Below, one piece after another: positions 1-9,527 of a DNA stretch of 64,000 nucleotides. The stretch spans positions 48 to 64,047 of the forward strand of contig JAXHOJ010000018.1 in NCBI GenBank assembly GCA_034519525.1. The letters are read 5' to 3'. The notes below the pieces were generated by a model. The model was not told where the DNA came from, ran no database searches, and saw only the letters and a program-made list of their open reading frames with translations. Origin of the DNA: Gemmobacter sp. GTDB lineage: Bacteria > Pseudomonadota > Alphaproteobacteria > Rhodobacterales > Rhodobacteraceae. Position 1 is the first letter of the stretch, and each line of letters opens with the position of its first letter. Both the position numbers and the translations under genes were made by a program.

Positions 1-720
1 GGTTTGCAGGTTCTCAGTGAAATGAATGCCGGAATGGCAATGGTAACACTCGAACCGGTGGTCGAAGAACAGCTGTTCGCCGCGTTTGGCTGCATCTGAC
101 AGGGCACCCGCTTCGCCCCAGTATTTGAAGCGGTCATAGGGGCTGTTCACCGAGATCAGGCTGCGCTGAAAGGCGGCCAGCGCGCGGGTCAGGGTGTAAA
201 GATCGGGCGCGGGATGATCGGGGAAGGCGGCTGGAAAGGCGGTCTGATAGTAAGGGTCCACCGCCAGCCGGGCGAAAAGCGCGGCCTCTTGCCCGTTATT
301 GCCCATCTCATCCGGGTTGTCGCCGAAAAGCGGCATCAGCGCCTGAAACTCCAGGCTGGTCATATGCGGATTGGCCCAGGTCAGCAGCGGCAGATAGCCG
401 ACATTCGCCAGCCCCGGCGCATTGCGGATGCCGGTCGTGCCGTTGATGCCGATCGGAACCTCGCGCCCATCGGTAAAGGCGCGCTCCTGCACATGGCAGG
501 ACACGCAGGCCACCGTGCCATCCGCCGACAGGCGGGCATCGTAGAACAGATGCCGCCCCAGATCGACCTTTTCAGCCGACATCGGGTTATCGCCCGGAAC
601 GGGCGGTGCGGGCATCCAGGCCGGGATCGGCCAGCTGTATGGCTCGGCAGACAGGGCAGGTGCGGCAAGGGCAAACCCTACCGCACCCATGCACCCCGCC
701 CAAAAGGCAAGGGGGTGCAT
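1..720 (-). CDS. mbnH: MbnH-family di-heme cytochrome c peroxidase-like protein (3' end runs off window)
   Basis: Hand translation from ATG at 720: MHPLAFWAGC...PPVPGDNPMSAEKVDLGRHLFYDARLS...CVSCH...RNAPGLAN...RGEQLFFDHRFECYHCH. Two CxxCH motifs and a signal peptide; directly downstream of mbnP. Not in the ORF track. Confidence 0.85.
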   Translation of the reverse strand, partial: MHPLAFWAGCMGAVGFALAAPALSAEPYSWPIPAWMPAPPVPGDNPMSAEKVDLGRHLFYDARLSADGTVACVSCHVQERAFTDGREVPIGINGTTGIRNAPGLANVGYLPLLTWANPHMTSLEFQALMPLFGDNPDEMGNNGQEAALFARLAVDPYYQTAFPAAFPDHPAPDLYTLTRALAAFQRSLISVNSPYDRFKYWGEAGALSDAAKRGEQLFFDHRFECYHCHSGIHFTENLQT

Positions 721-723
721 GGC

Positions 724-1557
724 TTAGCGCATCGAGACCAGTTGCTGCACGCCGGCCGGGATGTCGCCATAAGCCAGACCCAGCTTGGTCATCACCGTGG
801 TGCAATCGGCATCGCCGGGGAAGGACATGCAGCCGGGCGAGGTCTCTGCCGCGTTCACCGTCATGTCGGCCTCGGCCACAACGGCGGCCGGGTCGATGAC
901 CACCACATTGGTCGCCGGATCAAAAGCGGCAAAGCTGACGGGAAGGTGGTTGGGGTTCTCGCACTCTGCCGTCGGCGCCTCGGTCTTGGAGGCAGCCGGG
1001 CACATGGTTGAGCCCAGATGCAGGAACCAGCCCTTGGGCCCACCGGCTGCCTTGTCGACCGGCACCATGTCGATGCGGACAAAGCGGTAGCCGCCCTGCC
1101 AGTTCCAGAACATCGCCGTGGTGTTCAAGGGAGCGGCGGCTAGCGTTGGATCGCCGTGGTTTTTGTCGAAGGGCACCGCCAGGGCAAAGGACAGCCCAAC
1201 ATATTCGCCATCGGGCACCGTGCCGCGCAGGGTGGTATTGATCTCGGCCGTGCCGGTCGAGCAGCCGCCCGAGCCGTCTTCGAAATCGAGAAGCGCCAGA
1301 TCGTCGAGCTGCCACTTGCCGTCCTGCTCCAACGCGATCGGCTGCGCGGTGCCATCGGTGCGGATCAGGGCCGCACCGGAAACGAACAGCCGATAGTCGA
1401 TGCCTTTAACGGCCGTGGTCTTGGCGCCGATGCCTTCAAACGTCTCGGCGCAGGAAAACGGTTTGCCCGCAATCTCACCGGCAAAGTTGATGGAAACGGC
1501 CTGATCGGCCAAGGCGGGGGTGGCGGCCAAAGCCGCAGCAAACGCAATGTATTTCAT
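724..1557 (-). CDS. mbnP: MbnP-family periplasmic copper-binding protein
   Basis: Signal peptide, LLDFEDG, NHGDP, MFWNWQGGY (WxW) and HLGST-C motifs; paired with an MbnH-like gene. Confidence 0.85.
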   Translation of the reverse strand: MKYIAFAAALAATPALADQAVSINFAGEIAGKPFSCAETFEGIGAKTTAVKGIDYRLFVSGAALIRTDGTAQPIALEQDGKWQLDDLALLDFEDGSGGCSTGTAEINTTLRGTVPDGEYVGLSFALAVPFDKNHGDPTLAAAPLNTTAMFWNWQGGYRFVRIDMVPVDKAAGGPKGWFLHLGSTMCPAASKTEAPTAECENPNHLPVSFAAFDPATNVVVIDPAAVVAEADMTVNAAETSPGCMSFPGDADCTTVMTKLGLAYGDIPAGVQQLVSMR

Positions 1558-1628
1558 GGGCTTACCCTCAGGATATGCCAGCGCATGGGCGCATGGCGGA
1601 TTGGGTTGATCGGCAGAAATTCAGGCGA

Positions 1629-2003
1629 TCAAGCCAGAGGGGGGGCGCGAACCGGAGTTGCCGGGTTGGTCGTGCGGCCAAAGACGTGCTCTTCGGCGGG
1701 CACAATCAGGGCGGCGGATGTGCGCAGCTCGATGTCGAGCAAGCTTGCGACCGACTCGGGCAGCAGGATCGATCCGGCCAGATGGCAAGCCGGGCAGTCG
1801 CCCATGGCCATGCCTTCGTCCCCGTCGCCCGGCTCGGCACAAAGATCGGCCAGCGTAAGGCCCAGCTCTGCCAGATATACCGCCTGATCAATCTGCGAGG
1901 CATTCAGGACCGGTCGGTGTGCGAACCCCGTCATCAGGAGGCTGATCGCCACCATCCAGACCATCACAGCCCGAAAAAGCACAAGGGACAGGTTCCGCAG
2001 CAT
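1629..2003 (-). CDS. DUF2946-like (CruR/CutF-type) leader protein with CxxC and C-terminal RAPP; start uncertain (2003/2018/2096)
   Basis: Hydrophobic N-terminus ending GFAHR, LC...CPACH, ends PVRAPPLA*; 71 nt upstream of mbnP on the same strand. Confidence 0.75.
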   Translation of the reverse strand: MLRNLSLVLFRAVMVWMVAISLLMTGFAHRPVLNASQIDQAVYLAELGLTLADLCAEPGDGDEGMAMGDCPACHLAGSILLPESVASLLDIELRTSAALIVPAEEHVFGRTTNPATPVRAPPLA

Positions 2004-2322
2004 GCCGCTGAATACCATCTCGCGATCACAACGCAAACGCAAAATACCAAGACCGCTCAGCCCCATGGCCGGAGCGCCAAGCGCGCCTGATAACATGTGA
2101 AGACTGGCGAATGAAGTCGCCGTCCCTGCGATACGCTCTCCAGAACAGATCTCACCATGCCGAACTAACGCATGTCCGCTTTGGCGAGCTCAAAACAACC
2201 GCGATCAAGACCCTGAACGACCGCTTTCCGCCCGACGCCCCCATTCGCGGCCCGAAACGTGGTATCCTGCACGGGTCGGCAAGACAGAAGAAGGGCGAGC
2301 CCGGTGGACAGGAGGTAGTTCC

Positions 2323-2462
2323 ATGTCTGCCGATCTTCTTCCCGCCCTGCGGCCTGCCCGAGTCCCTTGGAACAAGGGCCGCATCATCGGCCAGAAGCGC
2401 CCGCTCCTGCCGCGTCACGTCTGGTCCATCCGGGTCCGCCTCGAGATGGCTGGTAACCCGCG
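2323..2462 (+). pseudogene. N-terminal stub of a small tyrosine recombinase/integrase
   Basis: RBS AGGAGG, then PWNKGRIIGQKRPLLPRHVWSIRVRLEMAGNPR, a recognisable N-terminus of small proteobacterial tyrosine recombinases. Similarity stops before the expected DLALFN...DSKLR segment, where the opposite-strand ORF ends. Confidence 0.7.
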
Positions 2463-2933
2463 TCACATTGGCAGGCCATGGCGCGCCGCAACCGAGTTCA
2501 CACAGGCCGTCATCTGCGCCTTCTGACGGATGAAGATCTTGCAGCTGTAGTCGAGATCCCGGCGAAACAGCTCATAGGCCTCGCGGCTCATGCCATAGCG
2601 GGCGGCACTGCTTTGGGCGCGCTGTTCGCGCAGGACATGATCTTCGCTGTTCAGTCGATAGGTGGTCAGCTCGGCCGAGTTCAGGATGTACATCGCGGCC
2701 GGGTCGATGCTGAACATATCCTCCACCAGCCGGGTGGGTATGTTCATCTCGTCGAGATAAGCCTCCGATGCCGCTTTCACCGCTTTCACCGCCTGCAGCG
2801 CCGGGCCGACCTCTGCTGCGGCAAGCTGCGGAAAATAGGGCCGGTGCATGCCAACCTCGCCCAGCACCACCTTGTTGACGGGGGCTGAGCGGTGGCGGGC
2901 CTCCAGTGGCTCTGCTTGACGACACCAGAACAT
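2463..2933 (-). CDS. Hypothetical protein, possibly a 5'-truncated ClpP/crotonase-like (COG3904-type) protein
   Basis: VGMHRPYF...YLDEMNIPTRLVEDMFSI segment resembles that family; N-terminus looks non-native. Confidence 0.4.
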   Translation of the reverse strand: MFWCRQAEPLEARHRSAPVNKVVLGEVGMHRPYFPQLAAAEVGPALQAVKAVKAASEAYLDEMNIPTRLVEDMFSIDPAAMYILNSAELTTYRLNSEDHVLREQRAQSSAARYGMSREAYELFRRDLDYSCKIFIRQKAQMTACVNSVAARHGLPM

Positions 2934-2977
2934 TCCTCCCCTCGCGACCCCGTCTGATCCGGTACCCAGACTATTGA

Positions 2978-3048
2978 GAACAAATTGGTCTAGTATATAA
3001 CCACATATCGTTCATGGTGTGGCGATGCGCGCCGGAACAAATTGTTCC
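2978..3048. promoter_or_regulatory. Putative XRE operator array
   Basis: GGAACAAATTGTTCC palindrome (3034-3048) just before the XRE ATG; near-copy GAACAAATTGGTC (2978-2990); degenerate CCACATATCGTTC (3001-3013). Confidence 0.55.
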
Positions 3049-3049
3049 A

Positions 3050-3385
3050 ATGGAAATATTCGCGACAAAACTGCGAGAACGGGCTGCACAGCTTGGGATC
3101 TCAAATGCCGAAGTGGCGCGCCGGGCGGGGTTGAGCGAGCGGCGCTATGGCCATTACGTCAGCGGCGTCCGCGAACCGGATCTGCGCACCCTCGTCACCA
3201 TCGCGGCAACGCTGGGCACCACGCCGGATGTGCTGCTGGGAGTGGATGACCCGAGGCCGGTTTCCGCGCGACACAGCCTGCAGGACCGGATCACCGCCGC
3301 CCTCGCTGCGCTGTCAGAGGCCGACCTGGACAGGATCGCCATCCAGATCGAAGCATTGGCCGCCACGCGCCCCCAGGCGCGGTGA
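3050..3385 (+). CDS. XRE-family helix-turn-helix transcriptional regulator
   Basis: LRERAAQLGISNAEVARRAGLSERRYGHYVSGVREPDLRTLVTIAATLGTTPDVLLG is a classical HTH_3 pattern. Confidence 0.88.
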   Translation: MEIFATKLRERAAQLGISNAEVARRAGLSERRYGHYVSGVREPDLRTLVTIAATLGTTPDVLLGVDDPRPVSARHSLQDRITAALAALSEADLDRIAIQIEALAATRPQAR

Positions 3386-3970
3386 TGGGTTGCCTGGGTC
3401 CGTGCTGGCTTGGCCCGGCATCGCAGACAGTGGGCTGCAGCATCAGCTGAAAGGGCAAAGCCCCGTCAGCAAGAATCTCTGCCTGAAGGCGGCCGTCCGG
3501 AATGTGGAATAGCCCTGCAAAGTCATGAGGTAAGGCGATAAACGCTTAAACCGCCGGTTTAAGTCTGATCCCGCGGTAAATGGAATTTACTCTGGTGCAG
3601 GGTTCGCACCTCGTATCGACAGGCAGAACCCCGAGCCTGGTGAGATGTCATGGGAGATATCCGGGTCTAAAAGCAGTGGAGATCATCCGGCTATGGCCAC
3701 CGATCGGTCAGACCATCAAGACCTCAATCCACGATGCGAGCCTCGAGCCATCTACCTCGGTCTGGTGCACGTTTTGGCATTCCATCGACTGCTTCCCGCA
3801 AAGCTGGGTAAAGAACGGCATGGCCGATGCTACATCAGGCAGACACTACGGAGCATGTGCACCACATACGAGTACTACAACGCCCTGCAGCAAGTGGGGG
3901 AAGCTATGGGGGAAGAAGAAACACAAAATTCAATATTTATGTTAAGTATCAGTTGCTTATCAGGAAGGTC

Positions 3971-4046
<76 letters not shown>

Positions 4047-4180
4047 TCGACCTGCGCGCAGGTTTGGCGGATGGTTTGGCGGTTGTCAAGCCGGCTGGAT
4101 ATCATGTCGCAGCGGGCGGCGCTGGCGGCCTGTCTGCTGCCGGGCCTTGTGGCAAGCACGCGTGGCAAGGGCGCGCGGGG

Positions 4181-4625
4181 TCATGCCCGCGCCATGGCCT
4201 GCTGCACGAATTCGGCGATCTGGGCGGCGGGGCGTGCCCCGGCCAGCCGGGCCAGTTCGCGCCCGCGCCGGTACAGCACCAGCGCCGGTATGCCCTGAAT
4301 ACCCGCCCGGCCCGCAACCTCGGGGTGATCCTGGGTGTTCAGCTTGGCAAAGCGCACCTCTGGCCCCAGGGCCTTAGCCGCCTTGGCGAATTCTGGGCGC
4401 CATCATGCGGCAGGGGCCACACCAGGGCGCCCAGTAATCCACCAGCAGCGGCAGATCGTCGCCACGGATCGCCTTGTCATGGCTGCGGCCATCCAGTTCG
4501 AACACCCGGCCATCTGCCAGCGGATCGCCGCAGGCGCCGCATTTCGGCCCCTGCGCCAGCCGCGCCTGCGGCACCCGGTTTGCCTGCCCGCAGGTGGTGC
4601 AGATCAGTTTGACGGCATCCGACAT
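4181..4625 (-). CDS. trxC: Thioredoxin 2 (TrxC), one frameshift near 4395
   Basis: Zn-finger CTTC/CGAC and WCGPC active site; the C-terminal half ([10 protein letters not shown]...[10 protein letters not shown]) continues in another frame. Confidence 0.88.
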
Positions 4626-4730
4626 TCCTGCCTCCATATTCCTGTTGGCGAATATGTTGGCATCCCGCAGCCGCCGCGCAAGGGGAAAGCCCGGCCATGA
4701 ACCCGATTTCCCCCCTTGCGCGGCATTTCG

Positions 4731-7585
4731 CTATTCCGCCGCCTGCGCGTAATCCTCCAGCGGCGGGCAGGTGCAGATCAGGTTGCGGTCGCCAAAGACA
4801 TTGTCCACCCGGCCCACCGGCGGCCAGTATTTGTCCACCCGGAAGGCACCGGGCGGGAAGCAGCCCTGTTCTCGCGGGTATTGGCGCGTCCAGTCGGCCA
4901 CCAGATCCTCCACCGTATGGGGGGCGTGGCGCAGCGGGCTGTCTTCGGCCGCGATCTCGCCCGCCTCGACCGCGCGGATCTCGTCGCGGATCGCCAGAAG
5001 GGCGGTGATGAAGCGGTCGATCTCGGCCTTGGTCTCGGATTCGGTGGGTTCCACCATCAGCGTGCCCGCCACCGGCCAGCTCATGGTGGGCGCGTGAAAG
5101 CCGTTGTCGATCAGGCGCTTGGCGATATCGTCCACCGTCACGCCGACCTCGGCAAAGGGGCGGGTGTCCAGGATGCATTCATGCGCCACGCGGCCCTTGT
5201 TGCCCATGAACAGGATCGGATAGGCGCCCGTCAGCCGCGCCGCGATGTAATTGGCGTTCAGGATCGCCACCCGCGTCGCCTGCGTCAGCCCCTCGCCCCC
5301 CATCATCAGGCAATAGGCCCAGGAGATCAGCAGGATCGAGGCAGAGCCATAAGGCGCCGCCGAAACCGGCCCTTCGTCGCCGCCCGTCTCCGGATGCCCC
5401 GGCAAGAACGGCGCCAGATGCGCCTTCACGCCAATCGGCCCCATGCCCGGCCCGCCGCCGCCATGCGGGATGGCAAAGGTCTTGTGCAGGTTCAGGTGGC
5501 TGACATCCGACCCGATCTCGCCCGGCTTCACCAGCCCCACCAGCGCGTTCATGTTCGCCCCGTCCAGATAGACCTGCCCGCCATGGTCATGGGTGATATC
5601 GCAGATCTCGCGCACGGTTTCCTCGAACACGCCATGGGTGGAGGGATAGGTGATCATGCAGGCCGCCAGCTTGGTCGCCCGCCGCCGCCGCCTTGGCGCG
5701 GAAATCCTCCAGGTCCACATCGCCGTTGGGCGCGGATTTCACCACCACCACCTTCATCCCCGCCATCTGCGCCGAGGCCGGGTTGGTGCCATGCGCCGAG
5801 ACCGGGATCAGGCAGATGTTGCGCTGGGCCTCGCCGCGCGCGCGGTGATAGGCCTGAATGGTCAGCAGCCCCGCATATTCGCCCTGCGCGCCGGAATTGG
5901 GCTGCATCGACATCGCGTCATAGCCGGTGATCTCGCACAGCTTGTCCGCCAGATCGTCGATCGCCTCGTGATAGCCCAGCGCCTGATCGGCCGGGCAGAA
6001 GGGGTGCAGCGCGCCGAATTCCGGCCAGGTGATCGGCATCATCTCGGCCGCCGCGTTCAGCTTCATCGTGCAGGACCCCAGCGGGATCATCGCCCGGTCC
6101 AGCGCCAGATCGCGGTCCGACAGGCGGCGCATATAGCGCATCATCTCCGATTCCGCCCGGTTCATGTGGAACACCGGATGGGTCAGGTAGTCGCTGGTCC
6201 GCAGCATGCGCTTCGGGAAAGCCCAGATCGGCCGCGGTGCGGCGGCACGCGTTCGATGCCAAAGGCGCGCAGCACGCGGATGCAGCACGTCCTCGTCGGT
6301 CGTCTCGTCCAGCGACTGATGCCGACGCGGTCGTTGCCGATCTTGCGCAGGTTCACGCCCTCGGCCCGGGCGGCGGCCAGAATGCCGGCCTGACCCACGC
6401 CCACCTCGACCGTGATCGTGTCAAAAAACGCCTTCGGGCGCGACCTTGGCCCCGGCCGCCTTCAGCGCCTCGCGCCAGCCGGTCGGTCAGGAAATGCACC
6501 CGTTCGGCAATGGCGCGCAGGCCCTTCGGCCCGTGGAACACCGCATAGAAACTGGCCATCACCGCCAGCAGCGCCTGCGCGGTGCAGACGTTCGAGGTGG
6601 CCTTTTCGCGGCGGATATGCTGCTCGCGGGTTTGCAGCGACAGGCGGTAGGCCTTGTTGCCCCGCGCATCAATGGACACGCCGACAATCCGCCCCGGCAT
6701 CGACCGTTTCAGCGCATCCCGGCAGGACATGAACGCCGCATGCGGCCCACCATAGCCCATCGGCACGCCAAAGCGCTGCGCCGAGCCGACGGCAATATCG
6801 GCCCCCATCGCACCCGGTTCCTTCAAAAGCGTCAGCGCCAGAAGGTCGGTCGCCACGATCGCAATGGCCTTGCGCCGCGTGCAGCGCCTCGATCTGGTCG
6901 GTGAAATCGGTCACATGGCCATAGGTGCCGGGATACTGGAAGATCGCGCCGAACACCTGCGTCCGGCCTCCAGATCCTCGCGGCGTCGCCCACGATCACC
7001 TCGATCCCCAGCGGCAGGGCGCGGGTGCGGATCACGGCAATGGTCTGCGGATGGCAGTTGCTGTCGACAAAGAAGGCCCGCGCCTTGGATTTCGCGCTGC
7101 GCTCGGCCATGGCCATCGCCTCGGCCGCCGCCGTCGCCTCGTCCAGCAGGCTGGCATTGGCCACCGGCAGCCCGGTCAGATCGGCCACCATGGTCTGATA
7201 GTTCAGCAAGGCCTCCAGCCGCCCTTGCGCGATTTCGGGCTGATAGGGGGTATAGGCCGTATACCAGGCCGGGTTTTCCAGAATGTTGCGCTGGATCGCG
7301 GGCGGCGTGACGGTGCCGTAATAGCCCTGCCCGATCAGGCTGGTCATCACCCGGTTCTTCGCCGCCACCTCGCGCATCCGCGCCAGCAACTCATGCTTCC
7401 GACAGGGGCGCCCAGCCCAGCGGCTCGCCTGGCCGGATCGAGGCGGGCACCGTCTCGTCGATCAGCTGATCGAGGCTGGCGCAGCCCACGGCCTTCAGCA
7501 TCTCGGCCATTTCGGCCGGCGAGGGGCCGATATGGCGGCGGTTGGCGAAATCATAGGGGTTATAGTCGGTCGGCGTGAAGGTCAT
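4731..7585 (-). CDS. gcvP: Glycine dehydrogenase (P protein), several frameshifts
   Basis: Fragments: [73 protein letters not shown]. Confidence 0.95.
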
Positions 7586-7688
7586 GGCCCTGCCCTTTGG
7601 CAATAGATGCACCGGGCGTCCGCCGCAATTCGCTTGCACAAGACCCGGATTTTCGCAAATTTCGGTCGAAGAAATTTGCCGCCCGGCC

Positions 7689-8048
7689 TTAGCCGATCAG
7701 ATCGTTGTATTCGTCTTCGTCCATGAAATCATCCAGCACCGACAGATCATCGAGCTTCATCTTGAAGAACCAGGCCGCGCCCAGCGGATCCTCGTTCACC
7801 AGCGCCGGATTGTCGACCAGCTTTTCATTGACCTCGACGATCTCGCCATCCAGCGGGGCCAGAATGTCGGAGGCGGCCTTGACGCTTTCGATCACGCAGA
7901 CCTCGTCGCCCTCGGCCACCTTGGTTTCGACCTCGGGCAGTTCCACGAACACCACATCGCCCAGCTGGCTTGCCGCATGTTCGGTGATGCCCACCACGAC
8001 CAGGTCGCCCTCGACGCGCAGCCATTCGTGTTCTTTGGTGTATTTCAT
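7689..8048 (-). CDS. gcvH: Glycine cleavage system H protein
   Basis: KYTKEHEW...[10 protein letters not shown]...IESVKAASD (lipoyl-Lys motif). Confidence 0.97.
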   Translation of the reverse strand: MKYTKEHEWLRVEGDLVVVGITEHAASQLGDVVFVELPEVETKVAEGDEVCVIESVKAASDILAPLDGEIVEVNEKLVDNPALVNEDPLGAAWFFKMKLDDLSVLDDFMDEDEYNDLIG

Positions 8049-8060
8049 CGCAGTTCCCGT

Positions 8061-9184
8061 TCAGCGTTTGTAGGTTGTGGGTTGGAAGGGCATCGGCACC
8101 ACGGTCAGCGGCAGCCGCTTGCCGCGCAGATCCCCCTCCAGCAGGGTGCCCGGCGTGGCAAAGGCGCGGGCGACATAGCCCATGGCAATCGGCGCCTCCA
8201 CCGAAGGGCCGAACCCGCCCGAGGTGATGGCGCCCAAAGGCGTGCCGTCCGGGGCGAACAGCTCCACCCCTTCGCGCATCGGCGCGCGGCCTTCGGGGCG
8301 CAGGCCGACGCGCAGGCGTGCAGGCCCCTCGGCCAGTTCATGCTGGATGCGCGTCGCACCAGGGAAGCCCCCTGCCCGCGCGCCACCCGCCCGCCGGGCC
8401 TTCTGGATCGCCCAGGTCAGGCCCGCTTCAACCGGGCTGGTATGGGTGTCGATATCATGGCCGTAAAGGCACAGCCCCGCCTCCAGCCGCAGGCTGTCGC
8501 GCGCGCCAAGGCCGATGGGCGCCACCTCGTCCATGGCCAGCAGCGCCTGGGCAAAGCCTTCGGCGCCACCTTCGGGCACCGAAATCTCGTACCCGTCCTC
8601 GCCGGTATAGCCCGACCGGCTGATCCACAGCGCGCCAAAGACGGTATCGACCGCGATCACATCCATGAACCGCATCGCCGCCACCTGCGGCACCAGCCGG
8701 GCCAGCGCGGCTTCCGCCTGCGGCCCCTGCAGCGCCAGCAGCGCGCGGTCGGTGATGGCCACAACCTCGGTCGTCTCGGCCAGATGCGCCTGCATATGCG
8801 CCAGATCGGCGGCCTTGCAGGCGGCATTGACCACCACCAACAGATGATCGCCCCGGTTGGCAAACATCAGATCATCCAGGATCCCGCCGGCCTCATTGGT
8901 GAACAGGCCATAGCGCTGCCGCCCCTCGGCCAGGCCCAGCACATCCACCGGCATCAGCGCCTCGAAGGCCGCGCATCGTGGCCTCCAGGCTGCCCTTCGG
9001 GCGCAGGATCACCTGGCCCATATGGCTCACGTCAAACAGCCCGGCGGCGGCCCGCGTATGCAGATGTTCCTTCATGACCCCGGCCGGGTACTGAACCGGC
9101 ATCTCATAGCCCGCAAAGGGCACCATCTTGCCGCCCAAGCGCCACATGCAGATCATGCAGACCCAAGCGTTTCAGGTCGCTCAC
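8061..9184 (-). CDS. gcvT: Aminomethyltransferase (T protein), frameshifts near 8970 and 9140
   Basis: [53 protein letters not shown]; GTG start at 9184 with GGGAGG RBS. Confidence 0.93.
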
Positions 9185-9252
9185 GCGCCCCTCCCTTTCC
9201 GCCGGTCATGCGTCAGCCGGCACCGTGCAGACAGGCCTATCCCTGCCCTTCG

Positions 9253-9450
9253 ATGCCCCCTCTGTCCCTACCCCATTGCCAGATGGCGGGGCGCCTGAGA
9301 TCGTTATCCCTTCGGCGGGCACTTGCGTGCCACTCTCCAGAGTTTTTGTGCCAGAACGGTTCTTGCGCCTGAGAGTTTACCGGGGCGGTTGCTCCTTCGG
9401 CACCGGCTCCGAGGCTTGTGGCCCCCGCCGGATTCTCCCGATCCTGACAG
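9253..9450 (-). ncRNA. Tandem glycine riboswitch
   Basis: Two aptamers upstream of gcvT: GGGAGA...CCGAAGGAGCAA...AAACTCTCAGGC and CTCTGGAGAG...CCGAAGGG...ATCTCAGGC...GGACAGAGGG. Confidence 0.93.
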
Positions 9451-9527
9451 CACCGGGTTAGCCCGCCGCCCCGCAGCATGGCAAGCGAAAAATGCGGAAC
9501 CGACGGGTGGCCGCATGAAACCGACAT

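Noticed and set aside
1-1557. Methanobactin biosynthetic cluster
   Set aside because: No mbnA, mbnB or mbnC in the window; MbnPH pairs are known outside Mbn operons. DNA left of the window is unseen.
3034-3048. LexA/SOS box
   Set aside because: The alphaproteobacterial box is a direct repeat (GTTC-N7-GTTC); this is an inverted GAAC-N5-GTTC next to an XRE gene
3545-3563. CtrA box
   Set aside because: TTAA half-sites are 9 nt apart, not the canonical TTAA-N7-TTAA
4731-7585. Programmed frameshifting or pseudogenisation of gcvP and other genes
   Set aside because: Too many scattered breaks with no consistent slippery site, and essential genes are also hit; sequencing error is the simpler explanation
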